From: an uncultured archaeon
GTDB taxonomy: Archaea > Asgardarchaeota > Lokiarchaeia > Sigyniarchaeales > Promethearchaeaceae
Assembly: GCA_964426185.1 (NCBI GenBank)
Contig: CAYRPF010000092.1
Location: 1 to 10,290, forward strand
Reading direction: 5' to 3'
Length of the DNA stretch: 10,290 nt
The stretch's first letter is position 1. The number at the start of each line of letters is the position of its first letter. Positions 1-6,659 of this stretch are shown one piece after another. Position numbers and translations under genes: made by a program. The notes beneath the pieces were generated by a model. The model saw nothing but the letters and a program-made list of their open reading frames with translations, searched no databases and was not told the origin of the DNA.

Positions 1-243
1 CACTTTTACATTATCTTTAGAAGCAGTCAAATTTTGATTATAAGCAGCACTTTCGGGAAAATTGTTCTCTGTAATAAATGGACATAAATCATCATCATTG
101 GGATTGTCCACATTTACGTCTTGAAAGTTATCATTTGGTATAGATTTTAACGGTGTAAAAATTTGTATAATCATAAAACCAATCAAGAAAACAATTGATA
201 GAGTTATTCTTTTACCAGAAGTGTGCTTATATTTTTTATTCAT
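1..243 (-). CDS. 5' part of a secreted/membrane-anchored protein (runs off the left edge; absent from the ORF track)
   Basis: Manual translation from the ATG at 243-241 is open to position 1: MNKKYKHTSGKRITLSIVFLIGFMIIQIFTPLKSIPNDNFQDVNVDNPNDDDLCPFITENNFPKSAAYNQNLTASKDNVKV. It has a basic n-region, a hydrophobic h-region and then a polar N/D-rich segment. A TATA/BRE-like element lies about 24 nt upstream. Confidence 0.8.
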   Translation of the reverse strand, partial: MNKKYKHTSGKRITLSIVFLIGFMIIQIFTPLKSIPNDNFQDVNVDNPNDDDLCPFITENNFPESAAYNQNLTASKDNVKV

Positions 244-265
244 AATTTTATTGCATTGCAAAAAG

Positions 266-280
266 ATTTATAACTTTTGT
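266..280 (-). promoter_or_regulatory. Archaeal BRE-TATA promoter candidate for the 1-243 gene
   Basis: The minus strand reads ACAAAAG-TTATAAAT, a purine-rich BRE next to a TATA box. It ends about 23 nt before the ATG, the spacing expected for a leaderless or short-leader transcript. Confidence 0.55.
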
Positions 281-313
281 ATTTTAAAACGAAAAGTTAA
301 TGCATTAGGCATT

Positions 314-351
314 AAAAATTAAGAAAAATTAGCCAAAAATTGAGAAAAATT
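314..351. repeat. Four phased AAAAATT heptamers
   Basis: AAAAATT starts at 314, 324, 335 and 345 (spacing 10, 11, 10 bp). Confidence 0.75.
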
Positions 352-369
352 TACAACTTAAAGATGAAT

Positions 370-390
370 GAAAAAGAAATTAGAAAAAAC
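370..390 (-). terminator. Oligo-T archaeal terminator candidate for the ACD beta gene
   Basis: T-tracts on the minus strand (TTTTTTCTAATTTCTTTTTT) lie about 35-55 nt after the stop at 426. Confidence 0.4.
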
Positions 391-425
391 TTTTCAACAC
401 TGAAATTTAACAACAATTCTGATAA

Positions 426-1127
426 TTATTCGGACTTCAAAATAATCCGGGCATCTACCGCTAAAATTCCGTCTGCATAGGTAAATAAGGGATTTAAATC
501 CATCTCCGCAATTTCTGGATGGTCATAAGCCAATTTTGCTACTTTCTTTAGGGTATCTTTAATGGCTTCTAAGTCGGCGGGAGGTTTGCCTCGATATCCA
601 TCAAGAATCTTGAATCCTTTTATCTCATGAATCATTTCGTCCGCATCAAAATTGGAAATAGGCGCAATTCGGAAAGCAACATCCTTCATTACCTCCACCA
701 AAACACCTCCAATACCAAACATAATCGTTGCTCCAAATTGAGGATCTTGCAAAGAACCGATAATAATTTCAGCGATAGGGGGTTTCGCCATTTGCTGGAT
801 GGATATTCCCTTGTGTTCATCGTCGCATTCGATTGCAAGTAAATCAGCCATGGCAGCTTGTGCTTCGGTTTCATTTTGAATATTTAGTTTTACAGCACCT
901 GAATCAGATTTATGCACAATTTTATCGCTCATAAGTTTCATCACAACGGGATAACCAATTTGGCTGCAGGCTTGAATTACCTTTTCTTGCCCATCCTTCA
1001 CTGGAACTAGCATTTGCGCAGGAATCGGAATACCTACTGCAGTTAATAATTCTTTAGATTCAAATTCAGTTAACACGGTTCGATTGTCATTTTTTGCCCG
1101 AGCTAGAATTTCATCTACGGTCGCCAT
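426..1127 (-). CDS. acdB: ADP-forming acetate/acyl-CoA ligase (ACD) beta subunit, ATP-grasp domain
   Basis: Motifs LTEFESKELL, IGYPVVMK, IVHKSDSGAVKL, EIIIG..DPQFGATIMFGIGGVLVEVMKDVAFR, ILDGYRG and EMDLNPL..AVDARI. The 233-aa length is typical of the standalone archaeal beta subunit. Confidence 0.92.
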   Translation of the reverse strand: MATVDEILARAKNDNRTVLTEFESKELLTAVGIPIPAQMLVPVKDGQEKVIQACSQIGYPVVMKLMSDKIVHKSDSGAVKLNIQNETEAQAAMADLLAIECDDEHKGISIQQMAKPPIAEIIIGSLQDPQFGATIMFGIGGVLVEVMKDVAFRIAPISNFDADEMIHEIKGFKILDGYRGKPPADLEAIKDTLKKVAKLAYDHPEIAEMDLNPLFTYADGILAVDARIILKSE

Positions 1128-1209
1128 AGGTATAAATAAAATAAGATCGTAAAAAATGATTTCCTTTTGCTATATCTGGAGGGCGGAAATTCCCAATTGC
1201 AGAACGGGT

Positions 1210-2259
1210 TTAAAGTTGATTTTCCTTCCTTGAAGTAAAAATTTTAAAAAACAACCCTATTCCTACTATTGAGAAGGCATCCCTCACAAAATCACCTGTT
1301 TTTGCACTGGTTTCCATGAATGAACAGTTAAGACTCCGTGCTATTTCTTCGCCTTCATCGTGAGAAACTTCACGAGCATTTTCAAGATCAATTTTATTTC
1401 CGATGATAACCAAGGGAATATTTGGTAAAACTGCTCGGATATCTTCCAACCAAAATTGAATTTTATCAAAAGTTTCCCGCCTTGTTACATCATAGCAGAT
1501 AAATCCGACATCGGCACCTTGATAATAATATTTACGAACTCTCCGAAAGAAATTTTGACCTGCCACGTCCCAAATCATAAAATTCAGTTGATTTTCTTCA
1601 AAACCTTGTAAATGATAGACTTGATTGGTTATGGAAATTCCCAAAGTTGGTTTATAATCTTGTAAAAATCTGTTGTGAACAAATTGATAGATTAAAGTAG
1701 ATTTTCCAACGGCGGGTTCACCAATTACGCATAGTTTTAAGTGGATTTCCTTCTGAGCTTGTTCTGGATCAACAGTAAATACCCTAAATGGAAGAGATGT
1801 CGATTCATTATCGAAAGAAAGTTCAGATCCTAAATATAAATTTGGAATGGATAAATCAACCATACGTCTTGGATCGTCAACTAGACGGGCCACTTTCTCT
1901 GCAACTAAAAAAGTATAAGGCATCAACTTTGATAAGTGAGTTTCTAATGTTACCACTGATAGCATGATTGCATGCTGCCCGCATTCAAGAAAAACTAACC
2001 GATGTTCGTTTGTTTCGAAAGTGCTCGTGCCATAAGCTCCGGGATATCTTTCTTTAATTGCAGTTAAGGTATTTTTTACGATTTCTGCAATATTGCCGTA
2101 AAGTTTATCCTCTGAAATCATGCTGTTGGGCTGTTCTGAAAGTTTTTTGCTGATTAGTTTTCCTTCACGCGTAAAAACATAAACAGCTTCTAAAATTTTT
2201 AGACAAGCTTGAAAATAATTATACAGTAAAATTTCAATTTTCTCGATGACTTCTTCCAT
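1210..2259 (-). CDS. Rab/Ras-like small GTPase with N-terminal Roadblock/LC7 (MglB-like) domain
   Basis: The C-terminal G domain (from about aa 173) has G1 GEPAVGKS, G2 YKPTLG, G3 WDVAGQ, G4 NKID and G5 ETSAK. The N-terminal ~130 aa show a helix-strand-strand-helix-strand-strand-strand-helix pattern with LEAVYVFTREGKLIS, resembling the Roadblock signature. The Roadblock assignment is by eye. Confidence 0.88.
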   Translation of the reverse strand: MEEVIEKIEILLYNYFQACLKILEAVYVFTREGKLISKKLSEQPNSMISEDKLYGNIAEIVKNTLTAIKERYPGAYGTSTFETNEHRLVFLECGQHAIMLSVVTLETHLSKLMPYTFLVAEKVARLVDDPRRMVDLSIPNLYLGSELSFDNESTSLPFRVFTVDPEQAQKEIHLKLCVIGEPAVGKSTLIYQFVHNRFLQDYKPTLGISITNQVYHLQGFEENQLNFMIWDVAGQNFFRRVRKYYYQGADVGFICYDVTRRETFDKIQFWLEDIRAVLPNIPLVIIGNKIDLENAREVSHDEGEEIARSLNCSFMETSAKTGDFVRDAFSIVGIGLFFKIFTSRKENQL

Positions 2260-2499
2260 GAAAATTACCTTTTACACAGCTTTCGCGAAATAATATATGA
2301 AATTCGGTTCTAATATTAAGTAGATCAAAGTTTATGTAATAAGTTTTTGGATAGAAATAAGGAAATTCATTTTCTTTGATGTTATAATGTTGTGGTATGC
2401 TTTACGAAACGACCAAGCACCAAAAGGTTGAAATTTGAATTTTCTCAGTGAATGGTTTTAAATCTTAGGTTAACTGATAGAAAATGTAGTTTATATGAA

Positions 2500-2520
2500 A
2501 TAAGAAAGAATAAAAAAAAG
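2500..2520 (-). terminator. Oligo-T terminator candidate after the P-type ATPase
   Basis: A T8 run followed by ATTCTTTCTTA on the minus strand begins about 20 nt downstream of the stop at 2540. Confidence 0.45.
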
Positions 2521-2539
2521 TAGAATCATTTCCGCATTT

Positions 2540-5440
2540 TTATAATCCCATTTTTTTGCGGAAATAAATCTTCAGAAGCTCTACAGCACCAATTGTAACA
2601 ACAATTGTTGGTATTATCCACATCCAATCAATCAAACTTAAGGGAATTACTGAAAAGATATTTCCTAAGCCCCTCCAAAAATACAGAAGGAAGGTTAAGA
2701 GAATTGAAGCAACCACGGAATACAGCATGAATTTATTGGTGAAAAGTCCAATTTTGAAAATAGATTGGTACTCACTGCGACAGTTATACGCATTGGCCAT
2801 TTCGGCAAACATCATAGTAAGGAATGTAACTGATCGAGCATACCATTTAATATAATTTTCCAACAATTCTTTCTGATATTCCGCTTCAATTTGAACTGGT
2901 GTAAATTCGGGGAATTCATTTCCAATATACGTTAACCAGGCGTTTTTATCAGTGAAACCTTCGTAATTTATGACTAAACTTTCATGGGCTGCAGGAACTG
3001 CGTTCGGTTCAAAGAATGGAACAGTGTCATATATCACAAACAATCCTAAAATAAGAATGGTTAAAATTACGCCTCTGTAAACCATTGTTATAATAAAGTT
3101 CTTTGTAAGGAGCGGTTCGTTTAGGGGACGCGGTTTCTGCTTCATCAATGTCGGATCATAAGGATCAAATCCTAATGCTAATGCAGGAGCACCATCGGTT
3201 ACCAAGTTAATCCATAACAACTGAGTGGCCACTAATGGTGGAGGAATTCCTATTATTGAAGCAAATAACAGCACTAATACTTCCATAATGTTTGAGGATA
3301 ACAGGTATTGAATGAATTTTTTTATATTATCATAAATTCCTCGGCCTTCTTCAACGGCATGTACGATAGTAGCGAAGTTATCATCGGCTAAAACCATAAC
3401 GGCTGCTTCTTTTGAGACATCAGTTCCAGTGATACCCATAGCCACTCCAACATGAGCGTTCTTTAATGCTGGTGCATCATTGACACCATCTCCTGTCATG
3501 GCGGCTACATGGCCATTATTCTGTAATGCAGACACAATATCCATTTTATGTTCAGGAGAAACCCGTGCAAATACATTACAATTCACAATTTCTTCTTCGG
3601 TTAAATCTGGAATGTTCTTCCCTTGATAGGCGGGATCTCCTGGATTTATTATCCCTAATTCTTCAGCAATTGCAACCGCGGTAATAAGATTGTCGCCGGT
3701 GATCATTTTAACTCCAATACCTGCTTGTCGACATTCTTTGATTGCTTGCTTTACTTCTTCGCGAGGTGGATCAATCATAAATTGCATACCCACAAAGGTA
3801 AGATGTTGCTCCATTTCTTCGATAGTATGCTCAATTCCATCTGCTTCACGGTAGGCAAAACCCAATCCCCGCAATGCTTGAGAAGCTTTTTCTTCATAAG
3901 CTTTCATGATCGCTTTTTTATCATTTTCTGTAATGGGGCGGATTTGTCCGTTTATTTGGATATTATCACATAAATCCAATAGAATTTCAGTGGCACCTTT
4001 AATATAAGCCATTTTTTTGCCATTGACTTCATGGATAGTTGTCATACGTTTGCGGCTGGAATCAAAAGGAATTTCATCAATTCTGGGATATTTTTTAGCT
4101 GTTTCTTCTGGATCTAATCCCGCTTTCCAAGCGGAAGTAATAAGACAACCCTCTGTGGGATCTCCGAATGTATTCCATTTCTTGTTTTGTTCATTTTGGT
4201 TTAAACGTGCATTATTGCATAATAATCCTATACGCAATGTTAATTCAAGGTCTAAAATTGAGAGCGGATCGACTTTTGATTCATTTAGTAAGAATTCACC
4301 CTTTGGTTCATATCCAGAGCCAGTAACATCATATACTTTTTCTCCCGCCCAAATAGAGCGAACTGTCATCTCATTTTTAGTTAGGGTTCCAGTTTTATCA
4401 GAACAAATAACGCTAGTACAACCTAAAGTTTCAACAGAATGAAGCTTTTTAATTATTGCATTACGGTTAGACATCCGAGTGACACCGATCGCTAAACATG
4501 TTGTAACAACAGCGGGTAATCCTTCAGGAATGGCTGCTACAGCAAGTGCGACTCCGGACATAATTGAATCTACCCAATACTCACCTTGAAGGATATAAAT
4601 TACTGAAACTAATGCACAAATGATTAAGATGATTTTTCCAAGGAAACTTCCGAATTTTTCAAGATTTTGCTGCAGAGGAGTTAGTTTTTCTTCTACCCCA
4701 GAAATCATCCCAGCAATCTTTCCCACTTCAGTTGTCATTCCAGTTTGCGTAACAATTGCTTTTCCTCGACCATATGTACATAAGGTGGATGCAAAAACAA
4801 GATTTTTTCGCTCTGCTAAAGGTGTATCTGGTTCTAAAATCTCTGGAGTCTTATTAACCGGTACACTTTCTCCAGTCAATGCTGCTTCTTCGCATTTTAA
4901 GTTTGAGGCTTCAATAATACGTGCATCTGCAGCAATCATATCACCTTCATGAATCAGTAGAATATCTCCGGGAACAATATCCCGAGCTTTAACGGTAATT
5001 TCTTTACCATCCCGTATAATTTGGGCTTCTGGAGCTGCGAAGTTCATCAGAGCTTCTATCGCAGAGTCTGCTTTACCTTCTTGAACATAGCCGATTATTG
5101 CATTTAAAATAACAATTACTGCAATAACTATCCAATCATCGCCTAAAGTTCCTTTATCAATTAGATTTAAAACAGCAGAGGCTATAGCTGATAGAATTAA
5201 GATATAAATTAATACATCTTTAAATTGATCTAGAAAAACTTTCCATCGAGGCCTTTTTTCTTTTGCCGTCAATTCATTTGGACCGTATTTTTCTAAACGT
5301 GATTGTGCTTCAGCAACAGATAACCCAGTTGATACTGAAGTTTCAAGTATTGCCTCCACTTCTGATACATGCATGGCCCACCATTCAGTTTCGGGAATAT
5401 CTTGGACTTCGGCGACTTCAGTCATTTCTTGAGTTTCCAT
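2540..5440 (-). CDS. P-type ATPase, P2A (SERCA-like) Ca2+-translocating
   Basis: Motifs YGPNEL, TGES (A domain), AAIPEGLP (M4), CSDKTGTLT (phosphorylated D348), KGATE, DPPR, MITGD and MTGDGVNDAPALK. Membrane segments M5 YLLSSNIMEV, M6 LLWINLVTDG and M8 AEMANA are consistent with a 10-TM layout. Confidence 0.95.
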   Translation of the reverse strand: METQEMTEVAEVQDIPETEWWAMHVSEVEAILETSVSTGLSVAEAQSRLEKYGPNELTAKEKRPRWKVFLDQFKDVLIYILILSAIASAVLNLIDKGTLGDDWIVIAVIVILNAIIGYVQEGKADSAIEALMNFAAPEAQIIRDGKEITVKARDIVPGDILLIHEGDMIAADARIIEASNLKCEEAALTGESVPVNKTPEILEPDTPLAERKNLVFASTLCTYGRGKAIVTQTGMTTEVGKIAGMISGVEEKLTPLQQNLEKFGSFLGKIILIICALVSVIYILQGEYWVDSIMSGVALAVAAIPEGLPAVVTTCLAIGVTRMSNRNAIIKKLHSVETLGCTSVICSDKTGTLTKNEMTVRSIWAGEKVYDVTGSGYEPKGEFLLNESKVDPLSILDLELTLRIGLLCNNARLNQNEQNKKWNTFGDPTEGCLITSAWKAGLDPEETAKKYPRIDEIPFDSSRKRMTTIHEVNGKKMAYIKGATEILLDLCDNIQINGQIRPITENDKKAIMKAYEEKASQALRGLGFAYREADGIEHTIEEMEQHLTFVGMQFMIDPPREEVKQAIKECRQAGIGVKMITGDNLITAVAIAEELGIINPGDPAYQGKNIPDLTEEEIVNCNVFARVSPEHKMDIVSALQNNGHVAAMTGDGVNDAPALKNAHVGVAMGITGTDVSKEAAVMVLADDNFATIVHAVEEGRGIYDNIKKFIQYLLSSNIMEVLVLLFASIIGIPPPLVATQLLWINLVTDGAPALALGFDPYDPTLMKQKPRPLNEPLLTKNFIITMVYRGVILTILILGLFVIYDTVPFFEPNAVPAAHESLVINYEGFTDKNAWLTYIGNEFPEFTPVQIEAEYQKELLENYIKWYARSVTFLTMMFAEMANAYNCRSEYQSIFKIGLFTNKFMLYSVVASILLTFLLYFWRGLGNIFSVIPLSLIDWMWIIPTIVVTIGAVELLKIYFRKKMGL

Positions 5441-5656
5441 TTTATGCTACCTTGTTAGATTTTTGTATTTCACGATTTTCACAATTTACCCAGAATTATT
5501 TGCGTAAGGTGAAAAACAAGGTAAAAAAATATTTCGTGCATTATTAAATTTATTCTGATAATTATCCACTAACCTAAGTGAACCACCCATTTATTCCACT
5601 AATGGGCATTTTTTTTGTTTTTTTTTACCGTAATTTTAGAAAGAATGAAATTTTGA

Positions 5657-6517
5657 TTATTCTAAAAGGGGATTTTCTTTCAAGATTTTTCCCCTCGAAT
5701 TTTGAACATGTTCTTTCAAGATGTTATAAAGTTCATTAATTTTATTGGGAATAGATTTATTCTTGGTGAAAGCGGTGAGATGCACTTCAACTTCATAAAT
5801 TCTTTTCCCATTCATTAATTTGGATCTGGGATGTGTTTTTATCCATATTTCGGGATATTTATCCTTTATCGAATAAATTAACTCCGTAAATCGGCTTTCA
5901 CCCAAATTTGCAAAAATAAAGCCACATTGATAATATTTTATATCTCTTGTCAATTTTTGAACACGGGATACGATATGCTGAACAAAAATTGCTTCCAATT
6001 CCAATGGAACTCCAGGAAGTGCGATTATTTCAGTAACCCCATTTGTAAATTCTTTGGGAATTAAAACCCCTGGCGCCATTCCTTCAGAATTATTGAGAGG
6101 GATTGCACACTGGGGTAAAATTGCCATTTTATGATGAAGGGGATATCTTTTTTCCAAAAAAGATTTTACTTCTTTGGTTGATTTTTTAAACCTTTTTGAG
6201 TAAGATTGATAAATCATTTCAAGAGCATCGGCATTTTCTTTCATTTCTTGAAAAGGTTTCAATATTTGGTTAATACCTTCCAATGTCATATCATCAAATG
6301 TAGGACCCAACCCTCCTGATGTAAAAATAAACATTGGTTTACGGGTTAGTGAATCCAATACTGCATTTCTAATTCTTAGAAGATCATCAGGAATAATGGT
6401 TATTTGTGTTATTTGCATACCAAGAGGAATTAAATGATCGATGATAAATTTTCCATTCGTATCTTGAACTTTGCCGATTAAAAGTTCATTACCTATTAGT
6501 ATTATTTCACTTTCCAT
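5657..6517 (-). CDS. CinA N-terminal-like / molybdopterin-binding-domain protein (COG1058-type nucleotide pyrophosphatase)
   Basis: Motifs IILIGNELLIGKVQDTNG, IIPDD, FTSGGLGPTFDDMT, GMAPG, ALPGVPLEL and GES, plus a C-terminal IKTHP KH-like region. There is no PncC domain (286 aa). Confidence 0.88.
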   Translation of the reverse strand: MESEIILIGNELLIGKVQDTNGKFIIDHLIPLGMQITQITIIPDDLLRIRNAVLDSLTRKPMFIFTSGGLGPTFDDMTLEGINQILKPFQEMKENADALEMIYQSYSKRFKKSTKEVKSFLEKRYPLHHKMAILPQCAIPLNNSEGMAPGVLIPKEFTNGVTEIIALPGVPLELEAIFVQHIVSRVQKLTRDIKYYQCGFIFANLGESRFTELIYSIKDKYPEIWIKTHPRSKLMNGKRIYEVEVHLTAFTKNKSIPNKINELYNILKEHVQNSRGKILKENPLLE

Positions 6518-6659
6518 TTTCTTCCAATAATTTAAATGAAGATAACTAATAAAAGATTCTTTTTAAAAAGAGAGAAGATATTCCACTTATATGTTATTTT
6601 GAAAGCAAAGAATCGCTCGAAAATCCTTATAGGAAGTTCAAAGCTTGTCACCTCTATAG

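Noticed and set aside
627-874. ORFs 627-842 (+) and 689-874 (-)
   Set aside because: Both are shadow frames inside the well-supported ACD beta gene and have no motifs.
3725-5547. + strand ORFs 3725-3973, 4017-4442, 4620-4952 and 5263-5547
   Set aside because: They are antisense to the conserved P-type ATPase and show no protein-family features.
5562-5570. DnaA-box-like TTATCCACT (and an exact TTATCCACA at 2614-2622)
   Set aside because: These are isolated copies, one inside a CDS. The context is archaeal and no initiator gene or box cluster is present.
5569-5577. DtxR/IdeR-like half-site CTAACCTAA (and TTAGGTTA at 2465-2472)
   Set aside because: Only half of the 19-bp palindrome matches in each case, which is insufficient evidence for a metal-regulator operator.
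5441-5656. yybP-ykoY (Mn2+) riboswitch ahead of the P-type ATPase
   Set aside because: The characteristic GGGGAGUAG-type conserved segment and multi-stem structure are not visible.
5657-6517. Full-length competence protein CinA or a molybdenum cofactor biosynthesis enzyme
   Set aside because: It lacks the C-terminal PncC deamidase domain, and the GGLGPTxDD motif fits COG1058 rather than MogA/MoeA.
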